59,487 nucleotides of DNA from contig JANXQJ010000085.1 in NCBI GenBank assembly GCA_025356865.1, positions 1 through 59,487 on the forward strand, given 5' to 3'. Below are positions 10,764-20,444 of this stretch, piece by piece; the stretch's first letter is position 1, and the number at the start of each line of letters is the position of its first letter. Made by a program: the position numbers and the translations under genes. Source of the stretch: Deltaproteobacteria bacterium. Its GTDB lineage: Bacteria; Desulfobacterota; Deferrimicrobia; Deferrimicrobiales; Deferrimicrobiaceae. The notes beneath the pieces are model-generated. The model was not told the origin of the DNA, searched no databases, and saw only the letters and a program-made list of their open reading frames with translations.

Positions 10764-11354
10764 CGAATCGTTCCATTCGGCGACTGTGTTGAAGTTCCGG
10801 AACGAGGCGAACGTCGGATCGACGGCGGAAACCTCGGTTATCGCAACTCTATGAACGGATAACTGTTCAGCCAGGACGACCAGCGAGAGCCGCGCCTCGG
10901 CCAGCGCCTGTTCGATGGCCGGCAGTGCCGATTTCCCCCAAATCGCGCAAAGCGGTTCGGCGCCGTCAGGGCCCGTCGGCATCACGAGATCGATCCCCTC
11001 ACCCACCTTTTCCCCGAGCAGCCGCATCAGCGATTCCGACAGGAACGGCATGTCGCATCCGCAGACGAACACGAACGGGGTGTCCGCATGGCGCAACGCG
11101 GCATCGATGCCCGCAAGCGGTCCCTTGCCTGGCAGGCGGTCCGGGATGACGGGGCACGCAAGGAACGGGTATGAGCCCGGAGTGTTCGATATGACGAACG
11201 GATCACTGAAAACAACCGATACGTGATCGAGCACGACCTGCAGCAGCGGTCGTCCCCGGAACGGGAGGAGCGCCTTGTCGCGCCTCATCCGGCGGGATGC
11301 CCCGCCTGCCAGGACGGCGGCGGATATTCCCGCAACCTGTCGACCGTCAGTCAT
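10611..11354 (-). CDS. mobA: Molybdenum cofactor guanylyltransferase MobA, with an unusual ~45-aa C-terminal tail
   Basis: MobA N-terminal motif is present (ISAAVLAGGASRRMRRDKALLPFRGRPLL). The ATG at 11354 overlaps the moeA stop (ATGACTGA). The tail after ...NFNTVAEWNDSL overlaps a convergent ORF. Confidence 0.8.
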   Translation of the reverse strand: MTDGRQVAGISAAVLAGGASRRMRRDKALLPFRGRPLLQVVLDHVSVVFSDPFVISNTPGSYPFLACPVIPDRLPGKGPLAGIDAALRHADTPFVFVCGCDMPFLSESLMRLLGEKVGEGIDLVMPTGPDGAEPLCAIWGKSALPAIEQALAEARLSLVVLAEQLSVHRVAITEVSAVDPTFASFRNFNTVAEWNDSLLFPKSVHRVTNALPEFLPENRDPDQRLHEDQQVDHGETGHLEPKEKPDV

Positions 11355-12588
11355 TTCCGTCGGTAAGCAGTTCGCCCCAGACCGGGTAGAAGCGGACTTT
11401 CGAGCCGGCCGGGAGGTGGTTTGCATCGGCGGGGATTTCGAGCACCCCTTCCGCCCAGACGGCCGAGACAAAATCGCCCGAGCCGTTCGAGGCGATTTCC
11501 TGGACGTAGGTGACGTTGCCCGTGCTTTCTAGCCGCGCGGCGGCGTATTTCAGCCGTCCGCTCCGGTTCTTGACCCCTTCCGCAAGGGGCAGCCAGACTG
11601 GTTTGGGCAGGCAGTCGGACACGCCGCTCGACCTGAGCAGGAACGGGCGCACCAGCATCGCAAAATGGAGCATGACCGCCACGGGGTTGCCCGGCAGGCC
11701 GACCACGACAGTGCCGCCGGGGGCGACGCCGACGAAAATCGGTTTTCCGGGCTGCACCGCGACACGGTGGAACACGCGTTCGACGCCGCAGGCAGCGAGG
11801 CATTCGGGCACCAGGTCGGTGTCCCCGGCCGAGACGCCGCCGGTCACGATCAGGACGTTGCTCCGGAGCCCTGCGTGCAGGCGGGCCGTCAGGGCGTCGC
11901 GTTCGTCAGGGACGATCCCGAGGTATTCCAGGTTGCGAAGTCCGCAGGCGCCAAGCGCCGAAAGCAGGAAATGGGCGTTGCTGTTCCCGATGAACGGCCC
12001 CCCGGCGGCTTCCCACGGTTCCTTGAGCTCGCCGCCGGTGGCGAGCACCGCGACGGAAGGCGGAAGTTGAACGGATACTTCCCACCTCCCGACGGCGGCC
12101 AGGGTGGCGATGTGACGCGGACGCAGCAACGTGCCGGCCGCAACGAGGGAATCGCCCGCTTGCGCGTCCTCCCCCGCCAAAGCGACGTGCTGCCCCTTCC
12201 GGGGTGAAGCCGTGACGCGTACCTCGTCGGCCTGACCCGCGGCTTCCGTCTCCTCGACCGGGACGACCGTGTCGAACGGCGGCGGCACCGGCGCGCCGGT
12301 CATGATCTTCACGGCGTCGCCCGTTTCGAAAGCGCCGCTCCAGGCCTGTCCGGGGTGGACTGTCCCGACGATCCGGAACACGTGGTCGGCGTCCTGCCCC
12401 TCGAAACGGATCGCGTAGCCGTCCATCGAGGCGCGGTCGAAGGGGGGGATCGGCCGGTCGGAAACGATATCCTCAGCCAGAACGCAACCGGTCGCCTCAG
12501 GCAGCCGTACGGTGCATGCACCGTACGTTCGGGCGAGCGCCAGAATCGCATTGACGGCTTCGTCGAACGGAATCGCGGGACCGGGCAT
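11347..12588 (-). CDS. moeA: Molybdopterin molybdenumtransferase MoeA
   Basis: 413-aa ORF with MoeA blocks (PPFDRASMDGYAI, VKIMTGAPVP, LIVTGGVSAGDTDLV, GLPGNPVA). Confidence 0.9.
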   Translation of the reverse strand: MPGPAIPFDEAVNAILALARTYGACTVRLPEATGCVLAEDIVSDRPIPPFDRASMDGYAIRFEGQDADHVFRIVGTVHPGQAWSGAFETGDAVKIMTGAPVPPPFDTVVPVEETEAAGQADEVRVTASPRKGQHVALAGEDAQAGDSLVAAGTLLRPRHIATLAAVGRWEVSVQLPPSVAVLATGGELKEPWEAAGGPFIGNSNAHFLLSALGACGLRNLEYLGIVPDERDALTARLHAGLRSNVLIVTGGVSAGDTDLVPECLAACGVERVFHRVAVQPGKPIFVGVAPGGTVVVGLPGNPVAVMLHFAMLVRPFLLRSSGVSDCLPKPVWLPLAEGVKNRSGRLKYAAARLESTGNVTYVQEIASNGSGDFVSAVWAEGVLEIPADANHLPAGSKVRFYPVWGELLTDGND

Positions 12589-12623
12589 GGACTTCCTCTC
12601 TGGTATAATGCGGGTTCAAACCA

Positions 12624-13205
12624 TTGTATGGAACGGATGGCCCATTGGGTAACGAAAAGCCGAACGTCCCCGTAATATGCTTCGTCGGTCCGAAAAACTC
12701 GGGGAAGACGACGCTGCTCGAAAAGGTGATCCGGGCGCTTTCGGCGGCCGGCCTCCGGGTGGCGGCCGTCAAGCACGACGCCCACGATTTCGGGATCGAC
12801 CACGCGGGAAAGGACTCGTACCGGTTCGCCGCCGCGGGCGCCGACGCGGTGCTGATCTCGTCCGCCACGAAAACCGCGCTGGTCGAGCGGCACGCCGATG
12901 CGGTCCCGCTCGAGGCGCTGATCGCGCGTCACGTGCGCGGCGTCGACCTCGTGCTCGTCGAGGGATACAAGTCGTCGCATTTTCCAAAGATCGTGGTCCA
13001 CCGCTCGGCGACCGGAAGGCCGCCGCTCGATGTCCCCGACGCCGACCTGGTTGCCGTGGCGTCCGACGTGCCGGTCGCTTCGTCGGCGCTGGTCGTCGAT
13101 CTCGACGATTCTGAAGTGATCGCCATGCTGTTGCAACGGATCGTATCGAACCATGCAGCTGTCGCGGGCGGTGAAGGCCGTCCTGAAACGGAGGACGTTT
13201 CGTGA
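12624..13205 (+). CDS. mobB: Molybdopterin-guanine dinucleotide biosynthesis adapter MobB
   Basis: P-loop and MobB pattern are present (VICFVGPKNSGKTTLLEKV...VAAVKHDAHDFGIDHAGKDSYRF). TTG start. The stop overlaps the next gene's GTG (GTGA). Confidence 0.85.
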   Translation: MYGTDGPLGNEKPNVPVICFVGPKNSGKTTLLEKVIRALSAAGLRVAAVKHDAHDFGIDHAGKDSYRFAAAGADAVLISSATKTALVERHADAVPLEALIARHVRGVDLVLVEGYKSSHFPKIVVHRSATGRPPLDVPDADLVAVASDVPVASSALVVDLDDSEVIAMLLQRIVSNHAAVAGGEGRPETEDVS

Positions 13206-13999
13206 GCAACGAACCGGTCGACACCCTGGTAGCCATGCGGCAGGATCTCGAGCGGGCCCTTGAAAAACCCGATGCGGCTCGCCGCTGGGTGTTCATCATC
13301 GACCTGCGAAAGTGCGTCGGCTGCCGGGCCTGCACCGCCGCCTGCCTCGCCGAGAACGCCACGCCGCGCGGACTGGCCTATCACCCCGTCTTCGAGGAAG
13401 AGTCCGGCACCTACCCGAATGTCAGCCGCCGCTTCATCCCCCGCCCCTGCCAGCACTGCGATTATCCCCCGTGCGTCGGCGTCTGCCCGAAAAAGGGGAA
13501 GGCGACCATGAAGAGCACGGAGGGCGTCTCCTCCGGCATGGTGCTCATCGACTACAAGGAATGCATCCAGTGCGGCAAGTGCGTCAAGGCCTGCCCGTAC
13601 CAGGCGCGGGGCAAGGACCAGGGGCTCTTCTGGTCCGACCAGGCGCCGTTCATCCCGGAATATGAAAAGCGGCAATCCGACGAATACGGGAAGAAGTGGG
13701 GGCACGACGCAAAACTCATCCCGGTCGACACGCCCCGCAAATGCCAGATGTGTTTCCACCGGGTCCGACAGGGAATCCTCCCCGCCTGCACGGCGACCTG
13801 CATCGGCCGGGCGCACTATTTCGGGGACGAGAACGATCCGAAAAGCGTCGTCGCGAAGGTCAAGAAGGCCAACATCGGCCGGTCGCTCGTCTGGATCGGG
13901 AAAGTGTCCGAATACAGCGCGCTGACGGGGAAGGTGACGTTCGGCGGTACGATGACCAATCCGCGCGTCGCCTACATCCTGCCGGAGGTGCATCGGTGA
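13202..13999 (+). CDS. 4Fe-4S ferredoxin-type electron-transfer subunit of a molybdopterin oxidoreductase (TtrB/PsrB/NrfC-like)
   Basis: Four Cys clusters are present: CVGCRACTAAC, CQHCDYPPCVGVCP, CIQCGKCVKACP and CQMCFHRV...LPACTATC. No signal peptide was seen. It is coupled to its neighbours by GTGA overlaps. Confidence 0.85.
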   Translation: MSNEPVDTLVAMRQDLERALEKPDAARRWVFIIDLRKCVGCRACTAACLAENATPRGLAYHPVFEEESGTYPNVSRRFIPRPCQHCDYPPCVGVCPKKGKATMKSTEGVSSGMVLIDYKECIQCGKCVKACPYQARGKDQGLFWSDQAPFIPEYEKRQSDEYGKKWGHDAKLIPVDTPRKCQMCFHRVRQGILPACTATCIGRAHYFGDENDPKSVVAKVKKANIGRSLVWIGKVSEYSALTGKVTFGGTMTNPRVAYILPEVHR

Positions 14000-16900
14000 A
14001 AGGGCCGGATGGCAGGGGCCCGTCCCGTCCCGACTGTTCCCGGCGCGATTTCATCAAGGGCACGGGGGCGCTGCTGGGCGGGGCGCTGCTCGCGTCGCAA
14101 CTCGAATGGGCGACGGGACTGCTGGCCCGCGCCGAGGCGGGGACGATGACGGGGGAGGATTCCTACCTGCTCGCCCGGGCGACGAACATCCTCTACACCT
14201 CGTGCCTGCAGTGCAACAACAGTTGCGGCGTCAAGGTCAAGCTGATCGACGGCCTCGCGGTCAAGATCGACGGCAGTCCCTGGTCCCCCTTCAGCCTGGT
14301 TCCGAACCTGCCGATGGCGACGACGCCGGCCGATGCGGCGAAAAACGACGGGGCGATCTGTCCCAAGGGGCATGCCGGGCTCCAGACGGTCTATGACCCC
14401 TACCGGATCCGCAAGGTGCTCAAGCGCGCCGGGCGCCGGGGCGACGGGAAGTGGCAAACGATCGCGTTCGACCAGGCGGTGACCGAGATCGTCGACGGGG
14501 GCCGGCTCTTCGCCCACATCCCGGGCGAGGAGGATCGCCACGTCGAGGGCCTCAAGGACATCTGGGTGCTGCGCGACGCGGCAGTCGCGAAGGCGATGGC
14601 CGATGACGTCAAGGCGATGGCGAAATCGAAGGACAGGAAGCAGGCGATTGCCGATTTCAAGCTGAAGCACGCGGCGAACCTCCAGATGCTGATCGACCCC
14701 GACCACCCCGACCTGGGTCCGAAGAACAACCAGTTCGTCTATTTCTGGGGCCGGATGAAGGGGGGGCGCACCGACTTCACGGCGCGCTTCTTCAACGACT
14801 GCTTCGGCACGGTCAACACCCACACCCACACCTCGGCCTGCGTCGGGTCGATGCAGTACGCGGGCCGCGCGATGATGGAGCAGTATGACGGCGGCGGCTT
14901 CTCGGGCGGTCCGAAGGGCTACTGGGGGATCGACCACGAGCACGCCGAATATCTGCTTTGCGCGGGCGTCAACATGTTCGACGCGAATTTCGGCCCCCCC
15001 CAGCGGGCGTCGCGCGTCATGCGGCGGATCGTCGACGGCGACCTCAAGATCACCGTGGCCGACCCGCGTTTTTCCAAGCTGGCGTCGAAGGCGCACCGCT
15101 ATCTGCCGGTCAACCCCGGAGAGGACGGCGCGATGTTCATGGCGATCATCCGGTGGATGGTCGAGAACGGGAAATACGACGCGAAATACCTGTCGTGCGC
15201 GAACAAGGCGGCGGCGAAGTCGGCGGGCGAATCGACCTGGACCAACGCCGCGCTCCTCGTGAAGATCGGCGACGACGGGCTGCCCGGGAAATTCCTGCGC
15301 GCGTCCGAGATCGGCCTGAAACCCGCCGAGATGCGCAAGGAGAAGGACGGCAAGGAAAAGCCGTTCGAATATCTCGTCGCGATGCAGGGCGGGGGGCCGG
15401 TCGCGGTCGACCCGAACGACGAGCAGGCCCCCGTGACGGGCGACCTGGCGGTCGACGGCCGGGTCGGCGGATTGCGCGTCAAGAGCGGCTTCCGGCTGGT
15501 GGCCGACGAGGCGAACCGGAAGACCATGGCCGAGTGGTCGCAGATCTGCGGCATCCCGGCACCCGAGATCGAGGCGGTGGCGCGGGAACTCGCCTCGCAC
15601 GGCAAGAAGGCCGCCGTCGACGTCTGCCGCGGCGTCTCGATGCACACCAACGGCTTCTACAACATCACCGCGGCGGCGACGATCAACCTGCTCCTCGGAA
15701 ACTACGACCACATCGGCGGCGTCATCCCGCAGGCGGTCTACAACGCGACGGGCACGGGGAAGGGGCAGCCGTTCGACCTGCCCAAATCGGTCCCGGGAAA
15801 AATCGGGTGCTTCGGGATCAGCGCCATCCGCCACGAGATCCGCTACGAGGATACGACGCTCTTTTCCGGATACCCGTCGAAGCGGAACTGGTACCCGCTC
15901 TCGTCCGACCTCTACATGGAGGTCGTGCCGTCGATCGGCGACGCCTACCCCTATCCCGCCAAGGCGCTCATGACCTACATGGGCGCGCCGGTCTACACGA
16001 TGCCCGGCGGCCACGCCATCATCGAAATCCTGACGGATACGAAGAAGGTGCCGCTCTACTTCGCGAGCGACATCCTCGTCGGGCCGACCAGCCAGTTCGC
16101 CGACTACATCTTTCCCGACCTGTCGTATCTCGAGCGGTGGGAGATGGGTGGATCGCAGTGGGGCATGGCGTCGAAGGTGCAGCCGATGCGACAGCCGCTG
16201 ATCGCACCGATTCCCGAGACGGCGGTCGTATACGGGGAAACGGTCCCGATCTCCTACGAGACGATGTTGATGGCGTTCGCCGAGCGGCTCGGCATGAAGG
16301 GGTTCGGCAAGGACGGCTTCGGGCCGGGGCAGGACTTCACCCGTCCCGACGACTACTACATCCGGATGGTGGCCAACGTCGCGCGCGACGGCGAGCCGAC
16401 ACCCGACGCAACGGACGACGAGGTGACGCTTTTTCTCGATTCGCGCCGGCACCTGCCCGACTCCGTGTTCGACGTCAAGCGATGGGCGCGCATCGCGGGA
16501 CCCAACTGGCGCAAGGTGGTCTACCTGCTCAACCGCGGCGGGCGGTACCAGGATTACGGCGACGTCTACCCGGCCGGGCGGATCGCCAACCGGTACGGCA
16601 AGGGGGTCAACTTCTACCAGGAAAAGACGGCCGGGACGCGCAACTCGATCACGGGCAAGGCGAACCCCGGCTGTGCGACCTACGTTCCCGTGACGACGCT
16701 TTCGGGGCAGACGCCGGTCGAGGCGGGGCTGGCCTCGAAGCGGTTCCCGCTCCACCTGATCACCCAGAAGGACATCACGCAGACCAAGTCGCGCACGATC
16801 ACCAACTACTGGCTTTCGACCGGCATCCGGCCCGAAAACGAGATTCTCGTCAACGCGGGCGACGCGAAGGCGATGGGGTTCAAGTCGGGCGACCGGGCGC

Positions 16901-17223
16901 GGATCGTCTCCTCGACCAATCGCGACGGAACTTGGGAACTCGGGCACGGGAAACGGAAGCAGATCGTGGGACTCGTGAAGCCCACCGAGACGATCAAGCC
17001 GGGCGTGATCTCGTTCACGATCGGTCACGGCCAGTGGGCGAGCGGCGCCTCCGACATCGAGATCGACGGCGTTATCGTCAAGGGCGACCCGCGGCGCGGC
17101 GTCGGCTTCAACGCCAACGCGTCGATGTGGATCGATCCGCTCATGAAGAACCAGGCGCTGGTCGACCCGGTCGGCGGCAGCCTCTCCTTCTACGACACGA
17201 TGGTCGCCCTGGAAAAGGCGTGA
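13996..17223 (+). CDS. Tat-exported molybdopterin (bis-MGD) oxidoreductase catalytic subunit, paralog 1 (TtrA/PsrA-like, 1075 aa)
   Basis: The GTG start overlaps the upstream stop. A twin-arginine leader (CSRRDFIKG) is present. An N-terminal FeS motif (CLQCNNSCG...CPKGH) is present. Its large size is TtrA-like. The tracked ORF start at 13696 lies inside the FeS gene. Confidence 0.8.
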   Translation: MKGPDGRGPSRPDCSRRDFIKGTGALLGGALLASQLEWATGLLARAEAGTMTGEDSYLLARATNILYTSCLQCNNSCGVKVKLIDGLAVKIDGSPWSPFSLVPNLPMATTPADAAKNDGAICPKGHAGLQTVYDPYRIRKVLKRAGRRGDGKWQTIAFDQAVTEIVDGGRLFAHIPGEEDRHVEGLKDIWVLRDAAVAKAMADDVKAMAKSKDRKQAIADFKLKHAANLQMLIDPDHPDLGPKNNQFVYFWGRMKGGRTDFTARFFNDCFGTVNTHTHTSACVGSMQYAGRAMMEQYDGGGFSGGPKGYWGIDHEHAEYLLCAGVNMFDANFGPPQRASRVMRRIVDGDLKITVADPRFSKLASKAHRYLPVNPGEDGAMFMAIIRWMVENGKYDAKYLSCANKAAAKSAGESTWTNAALLVKIGDDGLPGKFLRASEIGLKPAEMRKEKDGKEKPFEYLVAMQGGGPVAVDPNDEQAPVTGDLAVDGRVGGLRVKSGFRLVADEANRKTMAEWSQICGIPAPEIEAVARELASHGKKAAVDVCRGVSMHTNGFYNITAAATINLLLGNYDHIGGVIPQAVYNATGTGKGQPFDLPKSVPGKIGCFGISAIRHEIRYEDTTLFSGYPSKRNWYPLSSDLYMEVVPSIGDAYPYPAKALMTYMGAPVYTMPGGHAIIEILTDTKKVPLYFASDILVGPTSQFADYIFPDLSYLERWEMGGSQWGMASKVQPMRQPLIAPIPETAVVYGETVPISYETMLMAFAERLGMKGFGKDGFGPGQDFTRPDDYYIRMVANVARDGEPTPDATDDEVTLFLDSRRHLPDSVFDVKRWARIAGPNWRKVVYLLNRGGRYQDYGDVYPAGRIANRYGKGVNFYQEKTAGTRNSITGKANPGCATYVPVTTLSGQTPVEAGLASKRFPLHLITQKDITQTKSRTITNYWLSTGIRPENEILVNAGDAKAMGFKSGDRARIVSSTNRDGTWELGHGKRKQIVGLVKPTETIKPGVISFTIGHGQWASGASDIEIDGVIVKGDPRRGVGFNANASMWIDPLMKNQALVDPVGGSLSFYDTMVALEKA

Positions 17224-20200
17224 AGGAATACCCCGACAAATCGGAAGGCGGGTGCTCCCGGCGCGATTTCCTGAAAGGGTCCGGCGCGCTGCTCGGTGGG
17301 GCGTTGCTCGCGTCGCAGCTCGAGTGGGCGACCGGGCTGCTCGCCCGTGCCGAGGCCGGGGTGCTTGTGCCGGGTGAAGCGTACGACCTGTCGAACGCCC
17401 GGAACATCCTCTACACCACCTGCCTGCAGTGCAACACCGGCTGCGGCATCAAGGTCAAGCTGATCGAAGGCCTCGCGGTCAAGATCGACGGCAGCCCCTA
17501 TTCCCCGTTCACGATGGTGCCGAGCGTCCCGATGGCGAGGCCCCCGGCCGACGTCGCGAAGGACGACGCGCCGATCTGCCCCAAGGGGCACGCGGGAATC
17601 CAGACGGCGTACGACCCCTACCGCATCCGCAAGGTGCTCAAGCGCGCGGGTCGGCGGGGCGAGGCGAAATGGGAAACGATCGCCTTCGAAAAGGCGGTGG
17701 CCGAGATCGTCGACGGCGGAAAACTGTTCTCGCACGTGCCGGGCGAGGAGCATCGCCACGTCGAGGGACTGCGCGATCTCTGGGCGCTGCGTGACGCGAA
17801 ACTCGCGAAGGCGATGGGCGACGACGCGAAGGCGATCGCTTCGGCGAAAGGGAAGCGGCAGGCGGTGGCCGATTTCAAGGCGAAGCACGCGGCCCATCTC
17901 CACCTGCTGATCGACCCCGACCACCCCGACCTGGGGCCGAAGAACAACCAGCTCGTTTTCCAGTGGGGGCGGATGAAGGGGGGGCGCGGCGAGTTCGGCC
18001 TGCGCTTCTTCGGGGACGGCTTCGGCACGGTCAACACGCACGGTCACACCACGGTTTGCCAGGGATCGCTCTACTTTACCTGCAAGGCGATGAGCGAACA
18101 GTATGACGGCGAGGCATTTTCGGGCGGCCAGAAATTCTACTGGCAGGGCGACATCGAAAATGCGGCGTACGCCCTGTTCGTCGGAGCCAACCTGTTCGAC
18201 GCCAATTACGGCCCCCCGAACCGGTCGGCGCGGATGACGCAGCGGATGGCCGCCGGCGAACTCAAGATCACCGTGGCCGACCCGCGCTTTTCCAAGCTGG
18301 CGTCCAAGGCGAACCGCTACCTGCCGGTCGTGCCGGGGGAGGATGCGGCGCTCTTCATGGCGATTGCGCGGACGTTGATCGACGAGCGGCTTTACGACGC
18401 AAGATACCTGTCGTGCGCCAACAAGGCGGCGGCCGCGGCGGCCGGCGAGCCGACCTGGAGCAACGCCGCGCTGCTCGTGAAGATAGGCGAGGACGGGACG
18501 CCGGGCAAATTCCTGCGCGCCTCCGAGATCGGGCTCAAGGCGCCGGAAATGCGGAAGGAGAAGGACGGCCGGGAACGCGCGTTCGAATATCTTGTCGCGC
18601 TGAAGGACGGCGAGCCGGTGGCGGTCGACCCGAACGACGGGAAGATGTCGGTGACCGGCGATCTCCTGGTCGACGGTCGGGTGCATGGCGTGCGCGTCAA
18701 GAGCGGGCTGGGGATCATCGCCGACGCGGCCCGGGCGAAGCCGATGGCCGAGTGGTCGCGGCTCTGCGGCATTCCCGCGGCCGAGATCGAGACGGTGGCG
18801 CGCGAACTGGCATCCCACGGCAAGAAGGCGGTCGTCGACGTCCACCGGGGCGTCGCCCAGCACACCAACGGTTTCTACAACGTCACCGCCGCCATGACCA
18901 TCAACCTGCTCCTAGGCAACTTCGACCACGCGGGCGGAATGATCGCCGCGTCGACCTACGGCTTCATGGGCGGCAAGCCGGGCCAGCCAAACGATCTTGC
19001 GGCCGGGAATTCCGAAAAGATTCCGCGCTTCGGCATCAGCGTGATCCGTCACGACATCCGGTACGAGGACTCGACGCTCTTCGCCGGATATCCCGCGAAG
19101 CGCAACTGGTGGCCGCTCTCCTCGGACGTCTACGAGGAGACGCTGCCGTCGATCGGAGACGGCTACCCGTACCCGGTCAAGGCGCTCTTCAGCTACATGG
19201 CCGCGCCGACCTATGCGCTCCCGGCCGGACAGACCAACATCGCGGTGCTCGCCGACGTCGAGAAACTCCCGCTCTATTTCGCAAGCGACATTCTCGTCGG
19301 CCCGACCTCCGCCTACGCGGACTACATCTTCCCCGACCTCTCCTACCTCGAACGGTGGGAGATGCAGGGGTCGCACCCCAACATGCCGGCGAAGGTGCAG
19401 CCGATCCGGCAACCGGTCATCGCGCCGGTCCCCGAGACGGTGGTCGTCTACGGCGAGGCGGTCCCCTGCTCGTACGAGGCGCTGCTGATGGCGCTGGCCG
19501 AGAAGCTGGGGATGAAGGGATTCGGGAAGGGCGGCTTCGGGCCCGGAGAAGATTTCACGCGTCCCGACGACTACTACATCCGGATGGTGGCCAACGTCGC
19601 GAACGACGGCGACCCGGTCGATGACGCAGACGACGCCGAAATCGCGCTCTTTCTCGACGCGCGACGGCACCTGCCGAAAAGCGTGTTCGACGCCCCCCGG
19701 TGGGAACGGATCGCGGGCCCGAACTGGCGGAAGGTGGTGCACCTCCTCAACCGGGGCGGACGCTTCCAGGATTACCGGGAAATCGCCACCGGCGGGCACG
19801 TCGCCAACCGCTACGGCCGCGCGATCAACTGCTACCAGGAAAAGACGGCCGGAACGCGCAATGCCTTCACGGGCAAGCCCAACCCGGGGTACGCCCGCTA
19901 TGTGCCGGTGAGCACGGCGCTGGGGCAGACGCCCGAGGCCGCGAGGTTGACGCACGGCTACCCGCTCCGGATGATCACGCAGAAGGATATCCTCCACACG
20001 AAATCCCGCACCGTGGCCGATTACTGGACGCTCTCGATGCGGCCCGAAAACGAGTTCGTCGTCAACCCCGTCGACGCGAAGGCGCTGGGGCTGGAAGACG
20101 GTTCGCGTGCACGGGTCGTGTCGGCGACCAACCGTGCGGGAACCTGGGAACTGGGGAACGGGCGGCGGAAAGAGATGGCCGGACGGGTCAAGGTGACCGA

Positions 20201-20435
20201 GACGATCCGGCCCGGCGTGATGACGTTCCTGCCCGGCTACGGGCACTGGGCGAGCGGCTCGGCGGACCTCGTGATCGACGGGAAAAAGATCGCCGGCGAC
20301 CCGGCGCGCGCCACCGGCTTCAACGCCAACGCGGCCATGTGGATCGATCCTCACCTGAAAAACACGTGCCTGATCGACCCCGTCGGCGGCAGCGTCTCGT
20401 TCTACGACACGCGGGTCACGCTCGAGAAGGTGTGA
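17220..20435 (+). CDS. Tat-exported molybdopterin oxidoreductase catalytic subunit, paralog 2 (1071 aa)
   Basis: The GTG start overlaps the paralog-1 stop (GTGA). Leader CSRRDFLKG and FeS motif CLQCNTGCG...CPKGH are present. It is collinear with paralog 1 along its whole length. Confidence 0.8.
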   Translation: MKEYPDKSEGGCSRRDFLKGSGALLGGALLASQLEWATGLLARAEAGVLVPGEAYDLSNARNILYTTCLQCNTGCGIKVKLIEGLAVKIDGSPYSPFTMVPSVPMARPPADVAKDDAPICPKGHAGIQTAYDPYRIRKVLKRAGRRGEAKWETIAFEKAVAEIVDGGKLFSHVPGEEHRHVEGLRDLWALRDAKLAKAMGDDAKAIASAKGKRQAVADFKAKHAAHLHLLIDPDHPDLGPKNNQLVFQWGRMKGGRGEFGLRFFGDGFGTVNTHGHTTVCQGSLYFTCKAMSEQYDGEAFSGGQKFYWQGDIENAAYALFVGANLFDANYGPPNRSARMTQRMAAGELKITVADPRFSKLASKANRYLPVVPGEDAALFMAIARTLIDERLYDARYLSCANKAAAAAAGEPTWSNAALLVKIGEDGTPGKFLRASEIGLKAPEMRKEKDGRERAFEYLVALKDGEPVAVDPNDGKMSVTGDLLVDGRVHGVRVKSGLGIIADAARAKPMAEWSRLCGIPAAEIETVARELASHGKKAVVDVHRGVAQHTNGFYNVTAAMTINLLLGNFDHAGGMIAASTYGFMGGKPGQPNDLAAGNSEKIPRFGISVIRHDIRYEDSTLFAGYPAKRNWWPLSSDVYEETLPSIGDGYPYPVKALFSYMAAPTYALPAGQTNIAVLADVEKLPLYFASDILVGPTSAYADYIFPDLSYLERWEMQGSHPNMPAKVQPIRQPVIAPVPETVVVYGEAVPCSYEALLMALAEKLGMKGFGKGGFGPGEDFTRPDDYYIRMVANVANDGDPVDDADDAEIALFLDARRHLPKSVFDAPRWERIAGPNWRKVVHLLNRGGRFQDYREIATGGHVANRYGRAINCYQEKTAGTRNAFTGKPNPGYARYVPVSTALGQTPEAARLTHGYPLRMITQKDILHTKSRTVADYWTLSMRPENEFVVNPVDAKALGLEDGSRARVVSATNRAGTWELGNGRRKEMAGRVKVTETIRPGVMTFLPGYGHWASGSADLVIDGKKIAGDPARATGFNANAAMWIDPHLKNTCLIDPVGGSVSFYDTRVTLEKV

Positions 20436-20444
20436 CGCCGGGGG

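Noticed and set aside
14958-17219. The 1825-aa ORF 14958-20435, which suggests a giant fusion protein.
   Set aside because: Its first 754 codons are an alternative frame of paralog 1 with junk composition. The real gene starts at the GTG at 17220, with a Tat leader parallel to paralog 1.
13996-20435. Possible selenocysteine (in-frame TGA) in the molybdoenzymes, given the nearby selB.
   Set aside because: Both catalytic ORFs are uninterrupted, and no TGA-split pair of same-frame ORFs was seen. The candidate ligand position encodes Cys (TGC).
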